DNA of 64,000 nucleotides from Alkalispirochaeta sp. GTDB taxonomy: Bacteria > Spirochaetota > Spirochaetia > DSM-27196 > Alkalispirochaetaceae. Within the stretch, counting starts at the first letter, position 1; the number at the start of each line of letters is the position of its first letter. Location of the stretch: the NCBI GenBank assembly GCA_965601925.1, contig OZ271854.1, positions 4,096,001 to 4,160,000 of the forward strand, given 5' to 3'. A program made the translations under genes and the position numbers. The notes under the pieces are model-generated. The model saw nothing but the letters and a program-made list of their open reading frames with translations, had not been told where the DNA came from and did not search any database. Positions 20,876 through 31,321 of the stretch are shown one piece after another.

Positions 20876-21406
20876 ATGCAACACGGAACCGTAACGACCA
20901 TACGACCGGTCCGCCGGAGCGATACGGAACAGCTCTTAGCGTTTCTCCACATCCTCGACTCGGAGACGAAGTTCATGATGCACGAACCGGGGGAGCGGAA
21001 GACGACGGTGGCGGAGCAGGCGGCTATCGTCGCCGACTTTGTGTCGAATCCGACAAAGGCGATGTTCGTCGCCGTCGAAGAGGGCTCGCCGGAGATCGGA
21101 GGCTACATCGTGGGGATCGGCGGCGAGCACGCGAGGAACGTACACACTCTCTGGTGCGCCGTCGGCGTCCGCCGGGTCGTCTCGGGGCGAGGTGTCGGCA
21201 CACGGCTTCTACATAGTCTGGAGTCGTAGGCCCGGGAGCGCGCCTTTCACCGCATCGAGCTCACGGTAATGGAGCACAACGAGCGAGCGGTAGCGCTGTA
21301 CACTCGCTGCGGCTTCGAGAAGGAGGGTGTCAAGCGCGACTGCCTACTAATCGACGGCGCCTTTGTGAACGAGCTCTACATGGCCAAGCTGCTATCGGAG
21401 CGATAG
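20876..21406 (+). pseudogene. GNAT acetyltransferase with an in-frame TAG at 21227-21229
   Basis: GRGVGTRLLHSLES*ARERAFHRIELTVMEHNERAVALYTRCGFEKEG...YMAKLL continues in frame past the stop. Confidence 0.85.
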
Positions 21407-21456
21407 ACCGCACGCCTCTCGGTCATGGAGGCGTCCGGCCGTCGATCGCGGGGCGA

Positions 21457-22413
21457 CTATGACAAGCCTTCAAAGTAGTCGAGCAGATCGGATCGCGAAT
21501 AGGTGTAGGTCTCTTGAAGGTCACCATCGTTGTCGTACCGCTCCACTGCCAGTTCGAGTACGTTCGGCTGAATCCGCTGCTCCAGATAGTCCGCCAGTGC
21601 ATCCGGATCCTCGAACATCGCCTCGGTGATCGAGATCGTCTCGTCGTCGCCGAATCCGAAACTAGCGATGAAGTTACCGGTCGGATCGCTGCTCAAAGAC
21701 GAATCGACCGAAATCGCAAGCAGGATAATGGCCGAAGTCGCGTACGCCGCGTCGATCTGTATAGGGACCCCGTCGACGTCGTATGTCGGTACGATCTCCA
21801 GATTGGCGTTCACCGCCATGGCAAGCTTGGCCGCGGGCACGAAGACATCTTCCAACCCGTTCCGCGCGTCGCTCACCGTAACGATTACTTCGCCGAGACT
21901 CGCCTCCAGATCGACTCTTCGGAACGCCCCGGCGTCTCCGATATTCTCGTCCCACGCGATGCTCGCTTGGGCGTCGGCGCTCCCGGAGACAGAGATCGTT
22001 CCGGTGTTTCCCGTCCCGTCGGCGAAATCGAGCGTCTCGTCGGTAAGCGATCCGGTGACGCCGATCGACTCAGGAATATCCTGGAGATCGAATAGATCCT
22101 CAGGCGTTACGGTGAACTGCCCGCTCGTCGGCTCCCATTCGTCGTTTGCGCTTAGAAAGTCGCCGACGTTGAGGCCGATTAACCCGACCCCGGCGATAAT
22201 CGCGTCGAGCACCTCGTTTTTGCCCGTCGGCGGCGTCCCGCCGGCGACCGTTCCGAGATCGCTCGGGTCCACCGTCTCGGTAAGCGTCACCTCGCCGACG
22301 CCGTCGACACTCGGTCCGGTCGAGGCGTCCCCGTTCGTCGGATTGTCACACGCGATCAACAGTGCGACAACCATCGCTGCGATCGTGACGATCCCAAACC
22401 ACGTTCTTCGCAT
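21457..22413 (-). CDS. Acidic hypothetical lipoprotein
   Basis: MRRTWFG...LLIAC lipobox; D/E/T-rich, likely beta-structured sequence. Confidence 0.75.
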   Translation of the reverse strand: MRRTWFGIVTIAAMVVALLIACDNPTNGDASTGPSVDGVGEVTLTETVDPSDLGTVAGGTPPTGKNEVLDAIIAGVGLIGLNVGDFLSANDEWEPTSGQFTVTPEDLFDLQDIPESIGVTGSLTDETLDFADGTGNTGTISVSGSADAQASIAWDENIGDAGAFRRVDLEASLGEVIVTVSDARNGLEDVFVPAAKLAMAVNANLEIVPTYDVDGVPIQIDAAYATSAIILLAISVDSSLSSDPTGNFIASFGFGDDETISITEAMFEDPDALADYLEQRIQPNVLELAVERYDNDGDLQETYTYSRSDLLDYFEGLS

Positions 22414-22506
22414 AGTGAGCCCCCGGTTCGTCGTTCCGTGTGTTAATAGGGAGTATACCATACGGATGCCGATCGCGGGTCGTGAACCCGTACGCACAAC
22501 AGCTCG

Positions 22507-22659
22507 TTAGGCGGCGGCGACCGCTTCGTCGATCGGCGTTGGGCCTTCCCACAGTTCCAGCGTCGCGCCGACGGTGTTCTCGTGCGTAAGCACCGCCACC
22601 AGCGTACGCGCCACGATGCACGCCGTCCTTCCGTGTACCCCTGCAATTAAAACGGTCAT
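22507..22659 (-). pseudogene. NAD(P)H-binding (atypical SDR, YhfK-like) gene reduced to its two ends
   Basis: GGAGG RBS; MTVLIAGVHGRTA joined directly to VARTLVAVLTHENTVGATLELWEGPTPIDEA; only 50 aa. Confidence 0.65.
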
Positions 22660-22699
22660 GTATCCTCCCTCGGTCAACGTCGATACCGATCCGTCCGAC

Positions 22700-22952
22700 G
22701 CACCACGCTTCTGCGACGCCGCTCACGTCGAAGTCGCCGACGGCGTAACAAACATCCTCAATGCGGAGGCGGGAGTATAGGAAAATTCCGAGAGGACGGC
22801 GTGCTCATGCTCACGTAGAACTGGTACTCCTCGCGGGCGTGAAGCGGGAACGCCTCCTCGTCTCCGGCGGCGAAACGGTGCGCCTCAAAGATGATATCGT
22901 GATGGCGGTGTGCGTCTACCGACGAATAGGCGTATTCCATCTTCCTCGCCAC
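22700..22952 (-). pseudogene. Probable AraC-family regulator remnant
   Basis: FPLHAREEYQF cupin-like start, with an EDVCYAVG HTH-like fragment in another frame. Confidence 0.35.
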
Positions 22953-23385
22953 GCTCTCGGTTGACGATGCGCCCCTCGGGAACCGTAATGTTCTCCGGTC
23001 CGCCGATCATCGTCGCATCGATCGCGTTGGTTATCGGAGGAGCGATCGCCGGCGCCCCCATCTGGTGGCTGGTACTCAATCCTTTGGTCGCGCTTACGGT
23101 GCCGCCGGTGGTAGGGCGCGGTTTACCGGCTCCCCTGGGCGGCTATGTCCTCACTGCGGGCGGCAGTTTAGGATTTGCGGTGTTCGGTCTCGCAACGATG
23201 CTTATCGTGTAGTTCCTTGCGGTCCGAGACGGGTTTTTCCGTCATGCACGTAATCCCTACGATACAGTCGGCTATTTGGCGATGTATGTACCTATAGAGG
23301 TCGGCGAGGATCGATTCGGCTTCCGTCCCGGAGTTCTACAAGTACCGTTAGGCGCAGACGAGGCGGCTGGAATCATAGTACCGCG

Positions 23386-24333
23386 TCAGCTTAAAGCGGC
23401 GGGTTCGCCGGAACCGGCGGCTGTCTTCAAGTTCGCAATCATACTTTGACTGCGCTTGCTCATCATGCGCATCAGCGTCAGCGCTTTTTCAGAATCTTCC
23501 ACAAATCGTTTCAGGAAAACATCTCTCGTCATCACCATCATTTGCACGTCGGTTTTGGCTACAACATCGGCGCTGCGACATTCGTCGGTGATTATCGCCA
23601 GCTCGCCGAACATTTCACCGGGTTCCAGCGTAGCGAAAACGTGCTGATTCTCCGGTAATCGTACTTCGGCTATACCATCGATAATGATAAAGGCCTCGTT
23701 ACCCTTGTCTCCCGCTCTGACGATGTGTTCACCGGCCTTACAAAACCATCTTTGATAGTCCATGATGAAATCATACATTTGATTTTTCTTAATAAAATTA
23801 ATGAAATAATCCTTCAAATCATTTATATCAAGAAGTAAAGGTAGTACCTGGTAATCCAGGTGAGGATCGTGAAATTGATCGCCCACCTGTTCAAACCCGA
23901 TACGTCTTAGCAACGGAGCGATGGCAGGGTTAATGGGGGCGACCACATGAGTAACGTTATGGGAAATGGCATAGTAGCCGGCCATCAGGATCAAACCCAT
24001 AGCGATTTTCTCGCCACGAAAATCCTGATGGACACAAAACATACCTGCATGCATGAGCCGAGCATCTTCCGGTACATGAGGCCGGTAGTTGAAATAGTTG
24101 TCGGCAGGCAGTCCGCATACATCATCTAATGAAAACCGAAATGCCCCCACCGTGCGATTGCCGTGTTGCGCGATGAGCTGCACCGTGGATGGAAATGAAT
24201 CAAATTTATCGTACAAACGAGCGTCATCATTCGCTTTTAAGATATGTTCCTGCTCGACAAACACGGTATGTCTCAGCAAAAAAACGCTGTCTATTTCCTG
24301 TGTTGTCTCAGCTATTCGCATGCGTATCGGCAT
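23386..24333 (-). CDS. N-acyl amino acid synthase (FeeM-like GNAT) fused to a cNMP-binding domain, NasP-like
   Basis: RIAET..E...FLLRHTVF...DKFD...VAPINP; C-terminal GEHIVRAGD...GEMFGELA...RSADV. Confidence 0.75.
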   Translation of the reverse strand: MPIRMRIAETTQEIDSVFLLRHTVFVEQEHILKANDDARLYDKFDSFPSTVQLIAQHGNRTVGAFRFSLDDVCGLPADNYFNYRPHVPEDARLMHAGMFCVHQDFRGEKIAMGLILMAGYYAISHNVTHVVAPINPAIAPLLRRIGFEQVGDQFHDPHLDYQVLPLLLDINDLKDYFINFIKKNQMYDFIMDYQRWFCKAGEHIVRAGDKGNEAFIIIDGIAEVRLPENQHVFATLEPGEMFGELAIITDECRSADVVAKTDVQMMVMTRDVFLKRFVEDSEKALTLMRMMSKRSQSMIANLKTAAGSGEPAALS

Positions 24334-24342
24334 AACGGCTCC

Positions 24343-25239
24343 TTACTTTTTTGAAGTCGAAACGGCCACGGCACCATATTCACCTCGGTGAACCGGACCC
24401 GTATAGTGTTGAAGAAAGTCCGCTCTGAAGTCTTCACCGTTTGCCGTCCGGGTAAGCGTAAAATCTGTTTTTTCCATAAAATCACCGAGATGACCTTCAG
24501 GACATATCCAGCTCAACGGCTCTTTTTTAAACGTGAGATAAAGCTTCAATAATGGCCCGTAAGACTGAGGATGACTGGAAGCCGGTTCCAGGGCGGTAAA
24601 TACAAGGTGTCGTTTGGGATGATGCAATAGGTCTACCAGAGATGAAAACAAGTGGTGTATTTGCTCCGGCGTTAGGTACATCAATACCCCTTCTACTATG
24701 CTTACGGTAGGTCGTTGTGCATCAAAACCGGAAAAGCCGCCCAATTCTTCAGCCAGAGTTTGATGGGTAAAATCCACCGGCAAAAAATGTAGGTTGGCGA
24801 GTTTGTGCTTCGCATCCGACAAGGCCGCGGCTTTTACGCTATGCGTGGCGGGGTGATCAACTTCAATACAGTGTAGTTCAGGGCTCTCTTCCGCCAGCCG
24901 GTAGAGAAGCGTATCAAAACCGGCGCCAAGGTTTATCACCTGAGTCGCGCCGTCACCAATTGCTGCTCTGACATGGCGTTCAATGAAGGCCTTGCGCAAA
25001 CCATAATGCAGGCTGATGTTAGGTAGCACTAGCTTTTCCATAAATCGCAAAAATGCCTTACCTGCAGTACTGGTCATTTGTCTTAGTCTTTTTCGCCCCT
25101 CCCGTGAGCTATTCAGAACATGCAGTCCGATGTCACGGGTTTTGCCACTCACCAAATGTTGGTATTCAGGGTTTGCCGCGATAAGCATCAATCCTTGCAG
25201 AACGGTATAAGCAGTTGAGCTGGCCTTGTTGTCTGTCAT
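24343..25239 (-). CDS. SAM-dependent methyltransferase (LCM/YktD family)
   Basis: QVINLGAGFDT, EVDHP, PVDF and EGVLMYL motifs. Confidence 0.9.
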   Translation of the reverse strand: MTDNKASSTAYTVLQGLMLIAANPEYQHLVSGKTRDIGLHVLNSSREGRKRLRQMTSTAGKAFLRFMEKLVLPNISLHYGLRKAFIERHVRAAIGDGATQVINLGAGFDTLLYRLAEESPELHCIEVDHPATHSVKAAALSDAKHKLANLHFLPVDFTHQTLAEELGGFSGFDAQRPTVSIVEGVLMYLTPEQIHHLFSSLVDLLHHPKRHLVFTALEPASSHPQSYGPLLKLYLTFKKEPLSWICPEGHLGDFMEKTDFTLTRTANGEDFRADFLQHYTGPVHRGEYGAVAVSTSKK

Positions 25240-25724
25240 GTCTATAGTTCGAAAATAGGAAACGGTATCTCGAAGGGCAAGCGCAAAATCACGCCGACGA
25301 GGGAGTTACTACGAAAGCGCGGCGTGCGCCGGGATGTCAGTCGCCGAACATCGGTATACTCGCTCGGATAGGTCGGTTAGCCCCTGAAGCTGTGTATCCA
25401 TGATCGCGCCGGACGAGGGTACACAGCCATGAGCGTCCAATCCCCGGTGCTTCCATAAGAGCACTACGTACGGAACAATACGGAGAGCCGGTAACGCTGC
25501 CGAGCGTGGGAATCTTTGCCGACGGCGTGGCGCGGTAGCGTCCGTTCGGCCGGGGGCCCACGCCCGCTCGGCCGACAGACATTCAGGCGGTGACCGGCAC
25601 CGGTCGATGCCGCCGCGCGGAAGCGGCCCGCTACACGTCCGGTACCGCCTATGCGGAAAGAGAGCCGTTTAGCCCCGCGTTCTCCCCGGGTCCCCGGGGG
25701 AAAGCGGGAGTGGTGGTGCCGGTC

Positions 25725-27104
25725 CTAACGCGTCGCGGGCTGCGCGGCGTAGCGCATCTCGCCGCACTTGAGACGCCTGAACTCCGGTATCACCATACAT
25801 GCGGCGATGATCACCACGGCGATATCGATAAGGAGTGACCCCAAGTAGATCCACCGCATACCGAACAATCGCGGCAAAATCAGCATGACCGGTACGTAGA
25901 AAACCAGCTGACGGACGATGCCGATGAGCGCCGCCGGCCCGCCCTTGTCGATGGCGGGATAGAAGGTCATCGCCATGAATATCAGGGGCAGGACGGGCAC
26001 GACGAGAAGAAATATCCGGTAGTTGTCGATGCTCGACGCGGCAAACTGCGAGGCGGGAAAAATGAGAGAGAGTACCGGTACCGGGAAAAGCATCAGCCCG
26101 ACCCAGAACGGCAGAATTACAAAGAGCGCCGCGGCGGTGAATATCCAGAACGCCTTCACGACACGGTCGTTTTGTCCGGCACCGAAATTGATGCCCACCA
26201 CAGGCTGCAGCGCCCGCGTCAGCCCGATAATCGGCATGAGTAACAAGCCGAGAATACGGAATACCGCGCCGTAGAAGGCGAGCTCCCGCACCGATCCGTA
26301 GCGAGAGATGGCGTTGTACACGACGACGGCTTGGAGCAGACTCATGACCATCATAATGAGCGACGAGGCGCCCATGGAGAGAATCGACTTCACGATCTTC
26401 GGATCGCGATGTAGGGAGAACGGCTCCGCCGGGAAGGAGGCTCTCGGCCCGCCGAAGTAGAGAAAGCCCAACAGAACGTACACCGCCATACCGATATTGG
26501 TACCCCACGCAGCACCCGTGACGCCCCATTCGAACGCGACGATGAATAGGTAATTAAATACGATATTCACCGCGAGTCCGATTCCCATTATTAATGCCGC
26601 GGACTTCATGTTGCCCTCGGCGCGCACGATCATGTTCAGAGTCAATCCGTAGATCCACAACACGGCACCGATGGATGTAACCCGAAAGTACTCGACACCC
26701 AGGGCCAACGCGTCTCCGGCTCCGCCCATGAGCCGCACCAAAGGCTCCGCCGAAAGGAGTGCCGCGACGGTATAGACCGCCGAGATCAACAGCGCAAGAT
26801 AGTTCACATTTCCCAACAGGCGCTGTTGAGTACGCGTATCGTCGGCACCCAGGGCGATACTCAGGAGAGAGCCCGCACCGACACCAATAAGCGATCCGAT
26901 CCCTAAGGTCAATGATGAGAGCGGATACGCGATAGAGACGCCGGCCAGCGCCGTCTCACCGACGAATCGGCCGACGAAAATCGCGTCGAACACCGTGTTC
27001 AGCCCGAAGAGGACCATCGCGATGACCGCAGGCCAGGAGAGCGTCCACATGACCCTCCAGAGATTATCCGTAAGGATGAAGGTTCTTCGCGCCGTTTGAT
27101 CCAT
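25725..27104 (-). CDS. MATE family efflux transporter
   Basis: 459 aa, about 12 TM segments; LSWPAVI, DAIFVGRFVG and VRAEG motifs. Confidence 0.92.
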   Translation of the reverse strand: MDQTARRTFILTDNLWRVMWTLSWPAVIAMVLFGLNTVFDAIFVGRFVGETALAGVSIAYPLSSLTLGIGSLIGVGAGSLLSIALGADDTRTQQRLLGNVNYLALLISAVYTVAALLSAEPLVRLMGGAGDALALGVEYFRVTSIGAVLWIYGLTLNMIVRAEGNMKSAALIMGIGLAVNIVFNYLFIVAFEWGVTGAAWGTNIGMAVYVLLGFLYFGGPRASFPAEPFSLHRDPKIVKSILSMGASSLIMMVMSLLQAVVVYNAISRYGSVRELAFYGAVFRILGLLLMPIIGLTRALQPVVGINFGAGQNDRVVKAFWIFTAAALFVILPFWVGLMLFPVPVLSLIFPASQFAASSIDNYRIFLLVVPVLPLIFMAMTFYPAIDKGGPAALIGIVRQLVFYVPVMLILPRLFGMRWIYLGSLLIDIAVVIIAACMVIPEFRRLKCGEMRYAAQPATR

Positions 27105-27154
27105 GTCGTGCTCCTTTCAACCGCCGCCTTCCAAGGTCGTTTCGGGCGGCATAA

Positions 27155-27190
27155 TTTTATTAATCAAAATATATTATTTGATTAATAAAA
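27155..27190. promoter_or_regulatory. Perfect 14-bp AT-rich inverted repeat (operator) upstream of the MATE gene
   Basis: TTTTATTAATCAAA-N8-TTTGATTAATAAAA. Confidence 0.7.
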
Positions 27191-27337
27191 ACAACAGGCT
27201 TATGTTCACCGGGAAATCGGTAGCACGCTCTACGCGCTTCCCGGCTCGGTACACCGCCCCGGCGCCTGCAGCAGCGCGTTTGCGTTTCATCGGATGTCGC
27301 GGTAGCATACAACGCGTCAATCCTGAGGAGGTGTGTT

Positions 27338-27562
27338 GTGATAGACACAGATGCGGTCATGGGTGTGTTCAAACAGATCAAACCGCTATTCCTCGAGCAC
27401 GAGGGCAATTTTGAGGTGCTCGATATTTTCGACGACGGCGACGTACGCGTGAAGCTCATCGGCCAATGTTAGATGTGCATGTACAAAGAGAAGACCGTCC
27501 GAGCCCTTGAAAAGATGCTGGTCGCCGCCAACGCCGGCGTCACGACGATGGAAGCGGAGTAG
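27338..27562 (+). pseudogene. NifU/Nfu-like domain protein with an in-frame TAG inside its CxxC motif
   Basis: GAGGAGG RBS; IKPLFLEHEGNFEVL...VRVKLIGQC*MC; TAG at 27470-27472. Confidence 0.75.
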
Positions 27563-27623
27563 TCTCTCCGCCGCGGCGCCGACGAAATGAGTCGCGCCGT
27601 GTGAAGCGCGAAAGAGTAAGATC

Positions 27624-28487
27624 GTGGAACGCTACCGAGACGTCATAGACCTCCTCCCCCTCTTCGCCGAGGAAAACGGCGATATCGACGCCGTCGTGGT
27701 GGTCGGCTCGCAGAGTCGCCGCGAAACTCCCGCCGACAAGTACTCCGACCTCGATCTGGTTTTCTTCTGTGACGCGCCGCGAACGTATCTCGATGAGACT
27801 GCGTGGCTCGACCGGTTCGGAGAGGTCGTGTGCACGTTTACCGAGCCGACCGTCGGCGGCCACAAAGAGCGACGCGTGCTCTACCGCGACAACCGCGACA
27901 TCGATATTACCGTGCTCCCGGCGTTCGATACGTGCCGACGCGATCTACTCGGCAACCCGGACATCGTAGAGATAGTACGGACGGGATATCGCGTTGTATA
28001 CGATCGAACCGCGGCCGTAGAGGTCGCGTTCGAGAGTACCGTGTCCGTCGGGGTAAAGGAGTCGCATCCTCCCGTGTCGTACGACGACCTGGATCGATTG
28101 CTGAGCGATTTTAACTATCACATCGTATGGGCCGCGAAGAAGTTGCTACGAGGCGAACTGTTGACCGCCGTCTCTTGCATTAACAGCTATCTTGTTCCGC
28201 GTCTCCTTCGGATGCTCTCACACTACCACGCCGCCCGAAACGAGAGGGGGTATCGTCGATACGGTCGGTTCATCGATGCGAACATGCCTGAGGGGCTCAG
28301 AGAGGAGCTTGCGCGCTGCTTCTCACGGTACGACCGCGAGGAGGCGTATCGCACCTTGTATCCATTGTTCGATTTCTTCAATCGGTTGGCTCGGAGTACA
28401 TACGACTGCGCCGGCTATCCTTTTCCCGAGATCCAACACGTGGAGATCCGACGCCTTCTCTCGACACTGGACCGAACACGGGACTGA
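27624..28487 (+). CDS. Aminoglycoside 6-adenylyltransferase-like nucleotidyltransferase
   Basis: VVVGSQSR...DKYSDLDL and WAAKKLLRGEL motifs. Confidence 0.8.
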   Translation: MERYRDVIDLLPLFAEENGDIDAVVVVGSQSRRETPADKYSDLDLVFFCDAPRTYLDETAWLDRFGEVVCTFTEPTVGGHKERRVLYRDNRDIDITVLPAFDTCRRDLLGNPDIVEIVRTGYRVVYDRTAAVEVAFESTVSVGVKESHPPVSYDDLDRLLSDFNYHIVWAAKKLLRGELLTAVSCINSYLVPRLLRMLSHYHAARNERGYRRYGRFIDANMPEGLREELARCFSRYDREEAYRTLYPLFDFFNRLARSTYDCAGYPFPEIQHVEIRRLLSTLDRTRD

Positions 28488-28508
28488 GAGGGTCCGTCTA
28501 CCGGCGGA

Positions 28509-29795
28509 TCACCTCCGTACGCCGAGTCGATCCGTGCCCGACGCCTCGCGGGAACGTACCGCCGCACGATCGAGCGCTGCAAGCAGGATAAAGATCACCG
28601 CCGCACTCGCGGATAGGATCGCGGTAAGCGGCCACACGTCGCGCACCGAAAAGCGCTCGATAAAAGTACCGATCAACAGCGGTCCCAGCGCAAACCCGGC
28701 GCCCGCAATGATCGGAACGAGGGCGTTCATGCGGCCGCGATGACCGACGGGGGTGTGGTCTGCGACGTACACATCGACGTTGGTCGCCGATAGGATCTCG
28801 CCGGCGGTCCAGACCAACGCGGTCACGACGAACATCGCGGCCGACGCGACGAAGTAAATACTACCCATTCCGACGAGGTAGAGCCCGGCGGCCAACGCCA
28901 GGCAGAGAATAGGTCGCAGCCGTTTTGTCGCGGCAATAATGGGTGCGGTGCAAAACACCACGACCAAGGCGTTCGTGGTCATCACCACACCGTACATGAC
29001 CGGACCCGCATCGCCGAGTATCGCATTCATCTGTAGGGGCAAGCCGAACGTGTACTGCGAATAGACCAGAGTCATGAGTACGTTGGTGAGCATGAAGGCC
29101 AGCACGATGGGGCGGCGCAACAGCACGGCGAGCACGCCACCGGTCTCGGCGGCCTCTCGGGGTTGCTCCCGTCCCACGCGCGCCACCTCGGCGCGATCGG
29201 GCCTCGTCTCGCGGATAAAGGCTACGATTAGGACCATCGCCACAATTGAGGTGGCGGCGTCGCCCCAGAACAGTACGCGCAAATCGCGCCGAAAGAGCAG
29301 GCCCGCCAAAAGCGGACCGACGGAGAATCCGATGTTGTGGCCGAGATATGTTAGCGAGTAAGCCGCCTTGCGATTCTCCGGGGTGGTGATGTCGGCGGTA
29401 AGCGCGCGAAGCGTGGGATGGATGAGGCCACTTGAGAACTCGGCGGCGAAGATGAACCACGGCAGTATCGCGACGTTACCGCTCATCCCCCAGGCGACGA
29501 ATGCCGCGATGCCGATTGCGAACCCGCCGACAACTACGCGCTTGCGTCCGAAGGTGTCTGCGATCCTGCCGCCGATAATCGACCCCGGGACAAAACTCGC
29601 CGTCGCAATCGTAACGATACGCCCTGCTTCGGCCGCGTTCAGTCCGCCGCGCTCGGTGAGAATGAGTGTGAGAAACGGTAGGACAAAGTGACCGAGACTG
29701 TTCACTACCTGAGCGACGAACAGTACGTAGACTGCACGCGGCAATCCGCGGTAAATCGCGAAGCTCCGGCGGAGCGGATTGAGAATCGAAGACAT
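28509..29795 (-). CDS. MFS transporter
   Basis: GGRIADTFGRKR motif A; about 12 TM segments. Confidence 0.92.
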   Translation of the reverse strand: MSSILNPLRRSFAIYRGLPRAVYVLFVAQVVNSLGHFVLPFLTLILTERGGLNAAEAGRIVTIATASFVPGSIIGGRIADTFGRKRVVVGGFAIGIAAFVAWGMSGNVAILPWFIFAAEFSSGLIHPTLRALTADITTPENRKAAYSLTYLGHNIGFSVGPLLAGLLFRRDLRVLFWGDAATSIVAMVLIVAFIRETRPDRAEVARVGREQPREAAETGGVLAVLLRRPIVLAFMLTNVLMTLVYSQYTFGLPLQMNAILGDAGPVMYGVVMTTNALVVVFCTAPIIAATKRLRPILCLALAAGLYLVGMGSIYFVASAAMFVVTALVWTAGEILSATNVDVYVADHTPVGHRGRMNALVPIIAGAGFALGPLLIGTFIERFSVRDVWPLTAILSASAAVIFILLAALDRAAVRSREASGTDRLGVRR

Positions 29796-29871
29796 GGGTC
29801 GCCATTATAGACGACCGGGGACGCGGTGTCGCCCCGAACCTCGGGGCGGTGGGCCGGCGATCCGGCGCCCT

Positions 29872-31308
29872 TCACGCGAGATATACCACCTTCTCGGTCA
29901 TGTAAAACTCGCGCGCCGTCGGACCGATCGAGTAGGCACCGAAGCCGCTCTCCTTCACACCGCCGAATGGGACGTGAGCCTGGCTCGCCGTCCCGTGGTT
30001 GACGTGAATCATCCCGCTGTCCATGACGCTGATGAACCGCTTCGCCCGCGCAACATCGCGCGTAAAGACGCATCCCGCCAGTCCGTACGCCGAGTCGTTG
30101 CAGATATCCAGCCCCTCCTCAAACGAATCGACGGTAAGAACGCTCAGGACCGGCCCGAAAATCTCCTCCTGTGCGAGGGGCGAGTCGCGTGCGACGCCGG
30201 TGATAAGCGTCGGCCGGAAGTACCACCCCTCGTGGGGACCGTCTGCGCGCTCCCCGCCGATCACGACCGTCGCCTTTTCCTTTCGACCCAGATTGACGTA
30301 CCGTTCGACGGTCTCAACCCGGTTCCGGCTTACCAGCGGGCCCATCGTCGTACTCTCATCGAGGGCGTCGCCGACGCGCAGTGCGGCGATCTGTCGTCGC
30401 ATCGCTTCCACCAACGGATCGTGCTCTCGCCTACTCACGATGACCCTGCTAATCGCGGTACAGCGCTGTCCCGAGCCGGCAAAGGCGGCGGCGACGATCT
30501 GTTTCGCCGCCCCGTCTATATCCTCGGCGCCGTATACCAACGCGGGATTCTTCCCACCCATCTCTAACTGCACTCGCGAAAGACGTTCGATACTTGCCGC
30601 ATAAATCCGTTTACCGATCGACGTCGATCCCGTAAAGGTGACGCCGCGAATATCCGGGGCGTTCGAAAGGGCGTTGCCGATCGCCGACCCGGGACCGGTG
30701 ACGAGATTCACGACTCCCGGCGGGACGCCCGCCTCCTCGTAGAGCTCGACGAGCTTAACGGCGGAAAGGGGCGTAAGCGTCGCCGGCTTGAACACGACGG
30801 TATCGCCGTAGGCGAGGGCCGGCGAGATCTTGCGCACCGGAGTCACGATCGGAAAGTTCCACGGGGTAATGACCGCCACCGGCCCGAGGGGTACGCGGCG
30901 GCGCATAATTTCGACGCCCGGTCTCTCGCTGGAATAGTGTTCCCCGGTAAGCCGACTCGCCTCGCCCGCCATGAAGCGCGTCTCGGCGACCGCGCGCGAC
31001 ACCTCACCGCGCGCCTCGACGAGGATCTTTCCCTCTTCCCTACTGAGCGCTATAGCGAGTTCGGTCTCGTGTTCGGCAAGGAGCTCCGCGAAGCGGTAGA
31101 GAATCTTCCCCCGTTCGGGCCCCGGGCGTTCCGACCAGGCGGGAAAGCTGTCGCGCGCGGCATCAACGGCCGCCGCGACGTCGGCCGCGGTCGAGGATGC
31201 GAACATACCGAGATGTTCGTCGACGTTTCCCGGATTGATATCCGGTGCGTACCGTCCCGTCTCCGGTGCACGCCACCGGCCGCCGATGAAGTTCTCGTAG
31301 TGTTTCAC
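29872..31308 (-). CDS. NAD(P)-dependent aldehyde dehydrogenase
   Basis: PWNFP, FTGS, LEMGGKNP, GQRCTA and EEIFGPV motifs. Confidence 0.95.
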   Translation of the reverse strand: MKHYENFIGGRWRAPETGRYAPDINPGNVDEHLGMFASSTAADVAAAVDAARDSFPAWSERPGPERGKILYRFAELLAEHETELAIALSREEGKILVEARGEVSRAVAETRFMAGEASRLTGEHYSSERPGVEIMRRRVPLGPVAVITPWNFPIVTPVRKISPALAYGDTVVFKPATLTPLSAVKLVELYEEAGVPPGVVNLVTGPGSAIGNALSNAPDIRGVTFTGSTSIGKRIYAASIERLSRVQLEMGGKNPALVYGAEDIDGAAKQIVAAAFAGSGQRCTAISRVIVSRREHDPLVEAMRRQIAALRVGDALDESTTMGPLVSRNRVETVERYVNLGRKEKATVVIGGERADGPHEGWYFRPTLITGVARDSPLAQEEIFGPVLSVLTVDSFEEGLDICNDSAYGLAGCVFTRDVARAKRFISVMDSGMIHVNHGTASQAHVPFGGVKESGFGAYSIGPTAREFYMTEKVVYLA

Positions 31309-31321
31309 GACATTGCTCCCG

